From a virus (taxonomy: Duplodnaviria > Caudoviricetes): DNA of 64,000 bases. This document shows, piece after piece, positions 1-10,402 of the stretch (position 1 is its first letter; each line of letters begins with the position of its first letter). The notes beneath the pieces were generated by a model. The model was not told the DNA's origin, made no database searches, and was given only the letters and a program-made list of their open reading frames with translations. The translations under genes and the position numbers were made by a program. The stretch is from positions 1-64,000 of the IMG/VR virus record IMGVR_UViG_3300031993_000033; one strand, written 5' to 3'.

Positions 1-3000
1 TTTTTGATGGTGTAGTTATAAGCCTCCATTGCTGCATTATCACCTTCAATAGCAGTCTCCAAAGCCTCAATTTTTGCAATGAGTTCCCTATAATACTTTT
101 CGTCAGCAGCCGAGTTTATGCCGTTTGCCAACATGATATTATATTTTGCCTTTTCCAATTCAAGTTCTTTCTTTTGGAGTTCTATTCTGTTTCCCAAGAT
201 GTTAGCCTGAGTTTGCGCCGTAGCTACGCTTTGCTTACGTTCCTCAACTTCTTTTTGAATAATGCCATCTTTAAGATTAACAATTTCCTCCAAGCTAAGA
301 ATGTAATCGCCGTTTGCGTCAACTTGAATATTTGATAACAGCCCTTGATCGTCCATATTGATTATTTCCCATGCCGTCTTAGCATTAAGAGCTTCGCCAG
401 AAGCAATCTTTTGCATTGCGCTCACGATCTTATCAATATCACTTACAACACCTTTTTGAGCCTCGTCAAGTGACTTTAACCACGCCTCTTTCGCAGTTTC
501 AAAAGAGTTTGAAGCTTGCATGGAGGACAACCCTATTTGTGAAATTGCGCTTTCAATATTTGCTGAAACTTCTGGATATTTAAGACCAATCTCTCTAAGA
601 GACTTAACCGTTTCCTTTAATTGCAAAGATGCGCTAAACCTATCTGCAACTGTCGCTGCTTCATCATTGTATTTCGCGTTCAGCTCATTAAGTTGAATTA
701 TGAGTCTATTGTATTCATCAGCCGTTTTCACATCATCTTCAAAAGCCTTTAGACCAACAGATTGTTGTTTTATAGACTGTTCCTTGCTACGTATTTCATA
801 AAACTCAGAAAAGGCTTTGTTTTGATTGTTTATATCTTCCAATAAACCATCAAAGTCAAATGAAGTATATGTGTTATTTAGATTGTTCTGTAGAGACATC
901 CACGACTGATATGCTTCAGTCAAAGCGTTCATCGTCTTGGTTTGCTCTTCGGCGTTCAACCCCGTCTTAATGACGAAACTCCTTATCTTATCTTTGCCGC
1001 CAGCCCCAGCACTATCTTCCTCTACAAAATCAATATTCTGCAAAATGCTTTGATAATAAGTTTCAAGATACTGCTTTACCTTGCTATACGCAACAGAGGA
1101 TTCTGTCAAAGCCTTTTCATATCTATCATTCTCTTTTTGAGTAGCACCATATCTATCCCTAAGAACATCAAAAGACAAAGTGTAAGGAGATTGCTTTTTG
1201 TTTTGAGTAAAGAAATCATTGGCTCTTTTTATATCAGCCGAGTTTTCTCTAAGCCAAGTCTCATTCTCTTTTACTTTCTGCTGTGTCAACAGAGAGATGT
1301 TTTCCTCAAGACTCTTGTTTACAAGGTCTATACTATCTTTTTCCAGTTGATACTTGGAAACAATTTGGTCTTGCAGATTGACTAATTCCGTTTTAACGCT
1401 ATTTATGTCCTTGGTCGATGTAACCAACTTGACATACTCGTTTGTGAGAGAATTAAGCTCGTTAGCTTCTTCTTCGTAAGCCTTTATCTTTTCGAGGGTT
1501 TGCCGTCTGAGTTCTTCTTGTTCTTTTCTTTCTCTTTCGGCTTTTGCTCTGGCTGTCTTTTCTTTATTCCACCACTTAGTAAAAGCGTTAGTTAAAAGCG
1601 TTACCGAAGCTGTTATTGCAATTACCTCTAAATTAAGGTTTTTGAAAGCTGATGTAATCCTTCCAATTCCAGTTGCGCCTTCGGCTGCACCGCTACCAAA
1701 AATACCTCCGCCTTTTAAGCCTTTAATAAGGGCGATTGTGCTTATCAACGTCGGGAGTGTTCCAGCGAATTTGCTTATATTTCCAAAAGCTCTAATTATA
1801 TTTGTAATCAGCTTGGCAATTACGCCAAGTGTCTGTGTTACACTTGAGTCTGTTAAACTCTGAATTATTTCGTTGAGAGAGTCAAGTATTTTAACAGCAT
1901 TATCTGAATTAACAAACTCGTTGGTCATTTCAGCCCAACTGTTTTTGAGCTTGTTGATGCTACCAGACCAGTTGTTTGCGGACTTCTCCGCTTCACGCAT
2001 AGCCGAGCCAACTGCGTTATCTGAAGCAAACTCGGACATCATCTTTTCGTATGTTTCCCAGTTCTCAAGCAACGCAATCAGTTGATTGCCTCGGTATTTT
2101 CCACCAACACTGGATATGAGATTGGCGACTTTGATAGAGTCCTCAGACTCTTTCTTAACAGCGATAGACAACTCTTTAAGAACTTGCATGGGATCACGCA
2201 ATGCCCACACACCATTCTTAACTTCTTTAAGAGATACGCCCAGAGCTTTGGTAGCCGCTTCATATTTAGACAGAGACTCAGTTGTTATAGACTCGCCACC
2301 GTCGCCTATATCAGCCGCATCCGCCTTGACTTGGGCTATATTCATTAGTATGCCCTTGAAAGCTCTACCGGCAATCTCTCCGCCTTGCTGAGTAGTCGCT
2401 ATCATAGTTCCAACTGCGGATGTAAGCTCATTTATTTCAACACCAGAGGCGGCAGCTTGAGAAGCCGCTATTTTGGTAGCCTCTGCCAAACTCTCCATGT
2501 TTACCGCATTTCTATTGGTGATGTAGTTCTGGGAGTCCAAAACTGAATTAAGCTTTTGCTCGCTACCTCCCAAACTGTAAGCTGCGTTAGTAGCAATAAT
2601 GTACTGATTTGCCATTTCCGCCGTCATATCACCTGCGGCTTGTGCCTTTAGAGAAAGTTCAGATAGCGTTTCGGATTGCTTTTCACCAAAACCAGCTCGG
2701 CTCATTTCTTGCACGCCAAGTAAGTAGTCGCTGGCTGTTCTACCGTAACTACTTGCTACGTCAAATGAAGCTTTGCCGAGTGCTCGCAAACTCTCCTCAG
2801 TTCTATCCGAAGTTTTTGAAATTTCGGTCAGTATGTCGTCCATGCTCTGAAGCTCAGAAATAGCAGAACGAATTTGCCGAGTCACCATATTTATAATCTG
2901 ATTTGCCGATATATAAGTAGAAACCAACTTAAACGCATTGGCAAATTTTTCAAAAGCAGTTGCGCCGGCAAGTCCAGCGGCACTTGCCTCTTTTTTGAAT

Positions 3001-4622
3001 ACCGCCAAGTCGGTTGCAAGATTTTTAACCTCTCGGTCTGAAAGCTGTGCGCCTTTTGCCATTTGCGCCATTATATTAGACCATTGCTCCGCAAACGTCT
3101 TACCATCCGCCATTTTCTTAGTGGATTCTACGGCTCGCTTATTGGACTCGGCATATGCGTTTACATCGGCTGATAATTTACGAATACGATTACTAAGATT
3201 TGCTATCGCATTATTCTTGGTAGCCTCTGCATTGAACGCTTGTAATTTAGCTTTGGCAATGTCAAAATCATCAAGAAAAGCGTTCATAGCAGAAGTGTCC
3301 CCGCCTTCCGCCAGCTTTGCCTTTAAGTTGGATATTTCAGTTCCGAGAAGTGTGCTTGCCACACCAGCTTTTTCGGCTTTGCTTATAAACGCCTTTAGTT
3401 TCTCGGTCTGTTCTGCCCACTGAGTTGCAATATCATGACGGCGAAATGCCGTAGAGTTATCAGCCTCACGAATTGTCTTGCCGAGATAAACATAAGCGTC
3501 GCCTTGCTCATTAAGAGCATAAGTGAGAGTTTCAACGGATTTATCTCCCTTTTCAACTTGGACGTAGAAACGCTGTAATTCGCCAGTAGTGTCCTCAACA
3601 GCCCGCTTAATTCTATTAGCGTTGTCGGCGATGCCTTGTTCTCCGAAGAAAGCGTTTAAAGTTGATTTAGCTGTATCTAATTGCGCCGACTTGCTTGACT
3701 TGTCAGAACTAACAATTTTGGCAATGTCTGGGTAATAATCATTTACGGTAGATGACACAGCATCAGACTTCGCTTTGTTGATTGCGTCTATGTCAACCTT
3801 TATTTTCTTCAGTTCGTTATCAAGCTTGATAATTGTCTCTCTCTGTTTTTCAACAGGTTGAGTATTGTCAAACTCAGACATAATCCGCCGAATAGTTTCA
3901 AACTGAGATTGGAGTTCTTCTCTGTCTCCATACTTCTTGTGATATACGTCAGCCGTCCCCCGCGACTTCAAGAAGTCATTGTATGCAATTTGTGCTGCTT
4001 TTGCAGAGTCCTCTATTTTCTTGTTTTCTTGCTCTACCTTTGCTAAATTTTGAGTTATTGTATAAGTGGTTTTAGCGGTTTTACCTTCTATGTTGTCAAG
4101 TTGATCGACAATATTTATAATGCCACCAGTTTTTCTGTCTACACCAGATATTGATAACGAATCCAATATCTTTTCGCCACCAGAACCAGCAAGTTCCACA
4201 AATTTAGGTTTTATCTTTGTTATAGTAACATCAAGGTCTTGAAAGTATTTAGTTAATCTTTCAATATCCTTAGATCCCAAACCAAGATTTCTAAGAGAAT
4301 CACCGACATTCTCAATGGCATTTTCATCAATATCAACAGGTATTTTTATGCCAGTTTTAATATTAGATAAACTATTTTGTATAACACTGACCGCATTATC
4401 AATATTCTTATCAAAAGTAAACCCACCAATGTCAAGTTTGAGTTTTTTGCTGATATTTGCCAATTGTGATTGTATAGAAGAAATACCTTCAGTGTCTAAC
4501 TCGCACTTGATTTTTATTCCCTCAATTTTTTTCTGCAATTTAGGAATATCAACTTCGTTAATTTGCTTCGCACTATCATCTACATTTAACGAAGCAACTA
4601 ACTCTATCATATTATCTGCCAT
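1..4622 (-). CDS. Tail tape measure protein (3' end runs off window)
   Basis: ATG at 4622 after GAGGTGG RBS (MADNMIELVASLNVDDS...); long helical Ala/Lys/Glu-rich frame with a TP901-type TMP core (IRSAISELQSMDDILTEISKTS...DYLLGVQEMSRAGF) at about 1.9-2.9 kb. Confidence 0.9.
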   Translation of the reverse strand, partial: MADNMIELVASLNVDDSAKQINEVDIPKLQKKIEGIKIKCELDTEGISSIQSQLANISKKLKLDIGGFTFDKNIDNAVSVIQNSLSNIKTGIKIPVDIDENAIENVGDSLRNLGLGSKDIERLTKYFQDLDVTITKIKPKFVELAGSGGEKILDSLSISGVDRKTGGIINIVDQLDNIEGKTAKTTYTITQNLAKVEQENKKIEDSAKAAQIAYNDFLKSRGTADVYHKKYGDREELQSQFETIRRIMSEFDNTQPVEKQRETIIKLDNELKKIKVDIDAINKAKSDAVSSTVNDYYPDIAKIVSSDKSSKSAQLDTAKSTLNAFFGEQGIADNANRIKRAVEDTTGELQRFYVQVEKGDKSVETLTYALNEQGDAYVYLGKTIREADNSTAFRRHDIATQWAEQTEKLKAFISKAEKAGVASTLLGTEISNLKAKLAEGGDTSAMNAFLDDFDIAKAKLQAFNAEATKNNAIANLSNRIRKLSADVNAYAESNKRAVESTKKMADGKTFAEQWSNIMAQMAKGAQLSDREVKNLATDLAVFKKEASAAGLAGATAFEKFANAFKLVSTYISANQIINMVTRQIRSAISELQSMDDILTEISKTSDRTEESLRALGKASFDVASSYGRTASDYLLGVQEMSRAGFGEKQSETLSELSLKAQAAGDMTAEMANQYIIATNAAYSLGGSEQKLNSVLDSQNYITNRNAVNMESLAEATKIAASQAAASGVEINELTSAVGTMIATTQQGGEIAGRAFKGILMNIAQVKADAADIGDGGESITTESLSKYEAATKALGVSLKEVKNGVWALRDPMQVLKELSIAVKKESEDSIKVANLISSVGGKYRGNQLIALLENWETYEKMMSEFASDNAVGSAMREAEKSANNWSGSINKLKNSWAEMTNEFVNSDNAVKILDSLNEIIQSLTDSSVTQTLGVIAKLITNIIRAFGNISKFAGTLPTLISTIALIKGLKGGGIFGSGAAEGATGIGRITSAFKNLNLEVIAITASVTLLTNAFTKWWNKEKTARAKAERERKEQEELRRQTLEKIKAYEEEANELNSLTNEYVKLVTSTKDINSVKTELVNLQDQIVSKYQLEKDSIDLVNKSLEENISLLTQQKVKENETWLRENSADIKRANDFFTQNKKQSPYTLSFDVLRDRYGATQKENDRYEKALTESSVAYSKVKQYLETYYQSILQNIDFVEEDSAGAGGKDKIRSFVIKTGLNAEEQTKTMNALTEAYQSWMSLQNNLNNTYTSFDFDGLLEDINNQNKAFSEFYEIRSKEQSIKQQSVGLKAFEDDVKTADEYNRLIIQLNELNAKYNDEAATVADRFSASLQLKETVKSLREIGLKYPEVSANIESAISQIGLSSMQASNSFETAKEAWLKSLDEAQKGVVSDIDKIVSAMQKIASGEALNAKTAWEIINMDDQGLLSNIQVDANGDYILSLEEIVNLKDGIIQKEVEERKQSVATAQTQANILGNRIELQKKELELEKAKYNIMLANGINSAADEKYYRELIAKIEALETAIEGDNAAMEAYNYTIK

Positions 4623-4639
4623 CTAACCACCTCTTTTCG

Positions 4640-5188
4640 TCAATACGCTTTGCCGTTGAAGAAGTCATCGGCATCTATTTTTATACCTAATTTATTTGTT
4701 TTATTAAAATCTCTTATGCCCTTTTCTACGGCGTTAATTCCTGCAAAATAAGTCAAGCGCGGAACTTCTTGTCCTATCATATTTGCAAGGCGAGGGCTGT
4801 GCCATCCTCGCTCCATCATTAATGGAACAAACGTTTCATGTCTTTCTTTAATAGGAATCCAATATTCACCGCCAAAATCTTCTCGATATACTCCTGAAAG
4901 ATTTTGGTGCATTGCCAAGTCGTTTTGAAATCCCACGCCGATACGCAACGTGTTGCCAACAATTTTAATATCGGCTAATCCCTCTGCGTACAACGCATTT
5001 CTATATCCATTAGTACGCTCATATATTGTAGGATGGTAGCTATCATAATACCTGTCAATGTAATACTGAATGCAGTCATACAGCCTTCGCGCTTCGTGTA
5101 CCATTATTGTTGCAAGACTTTCGCCGTTAGGCATTTTAACTTTTTTTAATGCAATTTTACTTAGTTGCTCCTTCAAACTTTTCGCCAT
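4640..5188 (-). CDS. Hypothetical tail-region protein (possible tail completion)
   Basis: ORF track; ATG MAKSLKEQ; directly upstream of TMP. Confidence 0.6.
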   Translation of the reverse strand: MAKSLKEQLSKIALKKVKMPNGESLATIMVHEARRLYDCIQYYIDRYYDSYHPTIYERTNGYRNALYAEGLADIKIVGNTLRIGVGFQNDLAMHQNLSGVYREDFGGEYWIPIKERHETFVPLMMERGWHSPRLANMIGQEVPRLTYFAGINAVEKGIRDFNKTNKLGIKIDADDFFNGKAY

Positions 5189-5738
5189 TAGGCTCACCAC
5201 CTGTCTTTTCTATAACATCCTCGGTTATTGCCTTCACAAAATCCTTTTCGTTTACCTTACTCAGCCCGTCAAGCACTTCCTTTATATCGGCAAGATTCTG
5301 TGTGTTGTCTACCGCAATGTTTGCCGATATGTCAGAACACAGCTTGTCAAACGATGTCTTGTGTGTCAGGAACATAAAGTCAATTTGCTTATCAATAGCC
5401 GACTCTACCTCTGACCAAAGAGGAAGCCTTGTTACATCATTCTCAATCTGTGCAAACCAATTTCCTCCCTGCGTATACTTAAAAACTTCGCTGATTTCTT
5501 CCTCTTTTACCTCTATGTCGGTAAGATATTTCAGTATCGCAAAACGACGAGCAATTTCACGGTTCTCTGCATGGAACTCGCCATTCTGAAAACAGGTCTG
5601 CGCCACGGTCTGTACTATATTTGTTATTGTTTCTACGTCAAGGTAGCCCTTGATTTCTACCTTTGCGCCGTTAATATTCTTGGTTGTGTTTCTGAGAGCA
5701 AAGTTCTTGCCCATAACATCTAATATCTTTGTAGCCAT
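5157..5738 (-). CDS. Hypothetical tail-region protein
   Basis: 193 aa ORF with AAGGAG RBS. Confidence 0.65.
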   Translation of the reverse strand: MATKILDVMGKNFALRNTTKNINGAKVEIKGYLDVETITNIVQTVAQTCFQNGEFHAENREIARRFAILKYLTDIEVKEEEISEVFKYTQGGNWFAQIENDVTRLPLWSEVESAIDKQIDFMFLTHKTSFDKLCSDISANIAVDNTQNLADIKEVLDGLSKVNEKDFVKAITEDVIEKTGGEPNGEKFEGATK

Positions 5739-5808
5739 AATTTATTTCTCCTTTATAATTAGTATTTTAACTTTGGTACTTATTTCTGTATTGATATAAG
5801 CACATCAG

Positions 5809-6351
5809 TTAGATTTGTGTTTCGACTGCGTATCTCCCAATCGCTATGGCATCAGATACGTCATCTACCTTTATATCAAGATTGTAATAATCATTTACTT
5901 TCTGTCTTATATCTTCTTTTCTTTCTGGTCGCTTTACACCTCTACCATATTTGCCCCACGCCGTTATCCACTTTGATTCCTCTATAATGGTATACTTAAC
6001 ATTGTGTTTGTGGGCAATGTGTGCTATGAAGCCTTGCAGTCTTGCAAGCGACCTAAACCCTTTCGGATTTGCATTTTCAAATATTTCCTCAAACCATATC
6101 TCATCAGGCTTGAATTTCTCAATAAGCTTTTCAAGTTGGTCTGTTATTGCCGTTATACGGAGTAGGGTAGTACCGTAATCTGCTTCGGGCATAATAATAC
6201 TGATAAGGTGCGGTTCTTCTTCAACTCGCAACTCATCAGCTCGTTTACTCATTTTCGGTTTTATCAGGCAATAATCTTTTAGTTTGCCATTAACAAAAAA
6301 GCCTATGCCCGATGCGGACGTAGACTGATCCACGCTCATTATTCGTTTCAT
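5809..6351 (-). CDS. ruvC: RuvC-like Holliday junction resolvase
   Basis: IMSVDQSTSASG, FEE and DDVSDAIAIG RNase H-fold catalytic motifs. Confidence 0.85.
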   Translation of the reverse strand: MKRIMSVDQSTSASGIGFFVNGKLKDYCLIKPKMSKRADELRVEEEPHLISIIMPEADYGTTLLRITAITDQLEKLIEKFKPDEIWFEEIFENANPKGFRSLARLQGFIAHIAHKHNVKYTIIEESKWITAWGKYGRGVKRPERKEDIRQKVNDYYNLDIKVDDVSDAIAIGRYAVETQI

Positions 6352-6377
6352 ACTTCCTCCTATAAAAAGAAGTCGCA

Positions 6378-7835
6378 TTAAGCGACTTCAATAGAATTAT
6401 TATCTAAGTATGTCATTGGAGACACATATTTCCATTTATATCCTTTAATAATCTTCTTTTTGCCTTTGCAACATTGAGCAATTGGTGGCTGAGTACAGCC
6501 TATACTCTTTGCCGCAGATGTAGCCGTATCATAAATGTTTAATAATTCGTCATCTAAACTATATTGTCCGACGCACTTATAGTTTTTTATAGTACTCCAA
6601 AACATTTGAACTTTGTCATATAATGCCTGTGGTGTATAATCTCTTTTAAACATCCATAAACTATCAGCACAAACAAAACGTTTACTCTTACCATTACTAC
6701 ATGAAGCGTGAACATTTCGCTCACATACATTTAATGTTTTTGCTGCAATTTGATAGCTTGGGTATTCTGCTATAAATTTACCGAATTTATCGAATTGCAT
6801 TACGGTCTTATCCACAACATTGGGGAGTAAATAATTGTCTGGATTTGATTTATAATCGTTATAGTCTGCAAAATGATAACCTTTACAAGTAAAATTAAAG
6901 TTATTAACCGCACGATTAATCATATTAGCTTGACACTCAAAATCTTCTGATGCCTTAGTGGAATTATAATATACTTGTCCAGTTTCGAGACAAATTATTT
7001 CATGCTTAAATCTTTCAACATTTTTGCTTTCTCTCGTGTCATGTTTACCATTAACATAATCTTTATAGTAAACGAATTTATGCCCATGAACAGTAATCCA
7101 TTTATCAGAACATACTTGACTAATTTGACTTTGGGGTATATTCATAATACGAGATGCTTCATTAACACCCGCAAATATCTGCTGAGTCTCCAGACATATG
7201 ACTGCGTTGGGATAATAAGTAATTGTAAATTCATCCATCGTCATATCAAATTCATCGTTATACCAACAAAATCTATAATTGAAACCCTGAGAATCAATAA
7301 AATGAGTACGCTTATTCTTACTACACATATCCCTAATTCTTTGAGTTGGAACACCAGTTTGATTCGACGCATCAACCGCAGAATCATATATTTTATTTTC
7401 CGTTAGAGAAATAACCCTCCGAGTCCTCTCTATTCCCAAGCGTTTCATTCTTTCTGCGTTTTTAGCAGACCATTCTGCATAAACATCTGGAGACATTCTT
7501 TCTCGTATAGGACTGCCAACAACAAATCCATCCATTCCTTCCCCACCTAAAGTCCTATTATATCCATTACGAAATGAATCATATTTCTTTATTAGGGCAA
7601 TTTCCATTTTGCCAGCCTCATAACAAGTCAATCCAGTCGCCACCACATCATGAGAGAAACCATCGTCCCATCCAAAAAGCTTAATATCTTCCCAAAATGA
7701 CTTATTCTCACAATATCCAGAGCCACCTTTACGCCACCGTTCACATGGCTTTTTTCTTGTTATCCCTACATACTTCTTACCATTAGTTAGATTTGTATGC
7801 ACATAAACACTATATATGTTTTTATTTTCTTCCAT
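6378..7835 (-). CDS. GIY-YIG homing endonuclease with NUMOD1-like repeats
   Basis: YSVYVHTN..KKYVGIT..R..E..GYN module followed by repeated VICLET/YxSxxxAA DNA-binding units. Confidence 0.85.
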   Translation of the reverse strand: MEENKNIYSVYVHTNLTNGKKYVGITRKKPCERWRKGGSGYCENKSFWEDIKLFGWDDGFSHDVVATGLTCYEAGKMEIALIKKYDSFRNGYNRTLGGEGMDGFVVGSPIRERMSPDVYAEWSAKNAERMKRLGIERTRRVISLTENKIYDSAVDASNQTGVPTQRIRDMCSKNKRTHFIDSQGFNYRFCWYNDEFDMTMDEFTITYYPNAVICLETQQIFAGVNEASRIMNIPQSQISQVCSDKWITVHGHKFVYYKDYVNGKHDTRESKNVERFKHEIICLETGQVYYNSTKASEDFECQANMINRAVNNFNFTCKGYHFADYNDYKSNPDNYLLPNVVDKTVMQFDKFGKFIAEYPSYQIAAKTLNVCERNVHASCSNGKSKRFVCADSLWMFKRDYTPQALYDKVQMFWSTIKNYKCVGQYSLDDELLNIYDTATSAAKSIGCTQPPIAQCCKGKKKIIKGYKWKYVSPMTYLDNNSIEVA

Positions 7836-7900
7836 AAATACCCCTTTCTAATTTCTTGCCTTGCGAGAGCGTAAAAACACCCTTATTCTTCTCTAATTAT

Positions 7901-7929
7901 ATTATAGCATTAATTTTATGTTTTGTCAA
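7901..7929 (-). promoter_or_regulatory. Sigma-A promoter for the GIY-YIG gene
   Basis: TTGACA-17bp-TATAAT with extended TG on minus strand. Confidence 0.8.
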
Positions 7930-7938
7930 GGGGCTTAT

Positions 7939-7978
7939 AAAAATTAGGGGTAAGTTTTTTTATTTTAACTTACCCCTT
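7939..7978 (-). terminator. Putative intrinsic terminator
   Basis: AGGGGTAAG/CTTACCCCT hairpin followed by a T-rich run on minus strand. Confidence 0.5.
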
Positions 7979-7984
7979 TCTTTA

Positions 7985-8299
7985 TTAATACAGTTTATTT
8001 TTTCTTGTGGTCTTAGTGGTTCTTTCTCTTCCTTTTTCACCGATAATTTCACGTACACCTTTTTCTACATGAGGGAGCATCCAAGACAAATCATCGTCGA
8101 CATGGACTCCACACTTATCTGCGAATACTTCAATAGCCTGTTCCTTTGTAAGAACACCGCTTCTATATTCTTCGATAGTCATATGTATCTGGTAATGCTC
8201 AATTGTATCGGCTACATATCTCCAACCGTGGGTTTGACCACAAGTAGGGCAATAATCATGCTCCTTACCACAAACCCAACATTCAACCTTTTTGCCCAT
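7985..8299 (-). CDS. Hypothetical protein with CxxC-CxxC zinc ribbon
   Basis: CWVC...CPTC; 104 aa. Confidence 0.65.
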   Translation of the reverse strand: MGKKVECWVCGKEHDYCPTCGQTHGWRYVADTIEHYQIHMTIEEYRSGVLTKEQAIEVFADKCGVHVDDDLSWMLPHVEKGVREIIGEKGRERTTKTTRKNKLY

Positions 8300-8305
8300 A
8301 TTTAA

Positions 8306-9136
8306 TTACCAAGTAAAGTCCTCGTCAGCAACAGTAATTTCGTAGAATGATTTATCGGAGTCGCAGTAACTATAAGCGAGGTTTAAGGTCACACTTATTG
8401 TGTCTGAGAGATTGAAGCCGATTGTGTTGCCAGTCTGAGGTTTCGCATTCTTGGCAGTGATCCACAGTGCACGTGCTTTAGTCTGATCGCAAAGATCGAC
8501 TGCGAGTACGAGGAATCTAACCTTCGCAGCATCAGGGAACTTATCAGCAGCATTGACAACCTTAACACCAGCAGTTACAGAATACTCATAGATTATCTCA
8601 ATCTTACAACCAGCCTTGAAAATAGTTGCATCAGTAGGGAAGTACACTCTATGATTTGTTGAATCATAGTAGAACTTTGTGCTTGTAGCCGCAGAAGCAA
8701 CCTGTTCATAGTTGTCGTCGAGAGAGTTATCTGTGGTCAGAGTGTGGAACGAAATCTTGTAAGCACCACCAGTCTCAGCAACAGGTGTTTTTGTAAGAGT
8801 TACATAACCTGCGGTTACATCAGCAGCAGAAAGTGTAAATCTCTCGATATAAGGAACTCTTATCGGTGCATCATTTGTAGCATCAATTCTTTCAGTACCA
8901 TTGAGACTTGCAATGAGAGAAAGATCAAGTACAGAGGAATCGAAAGAAATAGTACAAGACTTATTTCTGTCAATAGAGAAAATGGTCGAACCGTTAGAGT
9001 CCAACTTTTCAGTTGTTTCCCCGTCCTGTGTGATTTGCAGATTTTCAACTTGGCTACACATCCACTGAACATCTTCTGCTGAGTCAAATGCCCAAGCACC
9101 GATAATCTGCTTAATAGCAATACTATTTATAGCCAT
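8306..9136 (-). CDS. Major tail (tube) protein, putative
   Basis: 276 aa beta-rich acidic protein; position in the morphogenesis operon. Confidence 0.65.
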   Translation of the reverse strand: MAINSIAIKQIIGAWAFDSAEDVQWMCSQVENLQITQDGETTEKLDSNGSTIFSIDRNKSCTISFDSSVLDLSLIASLNGTERIDATNDAPIRVPYIERFTLSAADVTAGYVTLTKTPVAETGGAYKISFHTLTTDNSLDDNYEQVASAATSTKFYYDSTNHRVYFPTDATIFKAGCKIEIIYEYSVTAGVKVVNAADKFPDAAKVRFLVLAVDLCDQTKARALWITAKNAKPQTGNTIGFNLSDTISVTLNLAYSYCDSDKSFYEITVADEDFTW

Positions 9137-9151
9137 AAACTACCACCTTTC

Positions 9152-9892
9152 TTATAAATTTTTGGTCTTGATTGGACGCATCCAATCTAAATCAGTTTTG
9201 TGAATATCCTTGAACGACACCGTACCTGCATAAAGTCCTCTGTAAAGATTGTTTGCATTTTGCCTATAACCCAAACGAATTATAGCATCAAAAAACTGTC
9301 CAATCCTCAATCCAAAAACCTTATCGTAATCGTGCCATTCACAAGCAAGAGAAGAAATAAGAGGAGCGTACTGAGAATTGTCTCCAAACAAGTCTTTTCT
9401 ACGTTGCGCCCTGTCTATATTTTTCTTCTGTTGCCTTATCATTAAATCGTGCGTAAATTTATTCTCACACGACGTTAAAATATTCTTTGGCAAACAGTGC
9501 ATACGTCGCACATTGTCTGCGATACGCTCACGCATAAGTGAGTCGATTATAACGCCATCACTATTAGCTAAGATTAATTCTCCGTCTTTTTCAATCGGTC
9601 TAAATTTAGAGAAGTCTAAATCGCCAAATAGCAATCTTGACGTTTCTTTGTCAATCCCCGATACTAAGATACAGAAAAGTTCAAAAGGTTTGATTTTTTC
9701 AAAGTCAATACCCATTTGATCTAAGTAGTATGGCATATCAAAAGGCTCAGATGTGAGTGCGCTAACAAGGCTTAAATATTCATTTTCACCAAATTTAGCA
9801 ATATCTCCTATAGTGGGTTGATATAGAGTTATACCAACTCCAATATCAAATGGCTCGCCTCTGAGTAAACGAATCTCATCAACTGCAAACAT
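9152..9892 (-). CDS. Virion morphogenesis hypothetical protein
   Basis: 246 aa ORF; synteny. Confidence 0.6.
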   Translation of the reverse strand: MFAVDEIRLLRGEPFDIGVGITLYQPTIGDIAKFGENEYLSLVSALTSEPFDMPYYLDQMGIDFEKIKPFELFCILVSGIDKETSRLLFGDLDFSKFRPIEKDGELILANSDGVIIDSLMRERIADNVRRMHCLPKNILTSCENKFTHDLMIRQQKKNIDRAQRRKDLFGDNSQYAPLISSLACEWHDYDKVFGLRIGQFFDAIIRLGYRQNANNLYRGLYAGTVSFKDIHKTDLDWMRPIKTKNL

Positions 9893-9896
9893 TCAA

Positions 9897-10388
9897 TCAC
9901 CCACAAACACCCACAACATCTACCGCCTCAAACACAAGCTGTCTAAACCTGTATGTCGTATTAACACTACCCGCTACGTCCGACTTCAACTTCAGCGTTC
10001 CCACGCCAAAATCCTGCCGCCCGTCATATTTGTCCTCAATCAGCTCTGCCAAATAGTCCATGCGAGTTCCACTTTCACCAACCAAATTCATGCGCATATC
10101 CTCTTGATGAGTGAGCACATAGAACACGATAGTCGGGTGAACCCAAATGTTGCTGTCACTACTGCCGTAACGTGTGCGCCTTTCGGGTATGTCTATCTCG
10201 ACGAGGATATAACTACGCACTTGCTCCTCAGTTTGTGGGACAAACATATGAGGGAATAGCCTAACCCACACCAAATCGTCTGGATCTTCATCTGGATTTA
10301 AGCCGAGAGCGTTTATGATTTCTTCATCTTGCGACAATTCAGAAACTATTTTGTTCTTCCATTCTCGGATTACTTTTGAACGAGCCAT
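9897..10388 (-). CDS. Putative tail terminator/neck protein
   Basis: 163 aa; RMDYLAELIED-type helix; synteny. Confidence 0.55.
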   Translation of the reverse strand: MARSKVIREWKNKIVSELSQDEEIINALGLNPDEDPDDLVWVRLFPHMFVPQTEEQVRSYILVEIDIPERRTRYGSSDSNIWVHPTIVFYVLTHQEDMRMNLVGESGTRMDYLAELIEDKYDGRQDFGVGTLKLKSDVAGSVNTTYRFRQLVFEAVDVVGVCG

Positions 10389-10402
10389 CTCTCAGCACCT
10401 CC

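Noticed and set aside
942-4626. Plus-strand ORFs over the tape measure gene and similar antisense ORFs elsewhere
   Set aside because: Shadow frames of real genes without RBS or recognisable motifs
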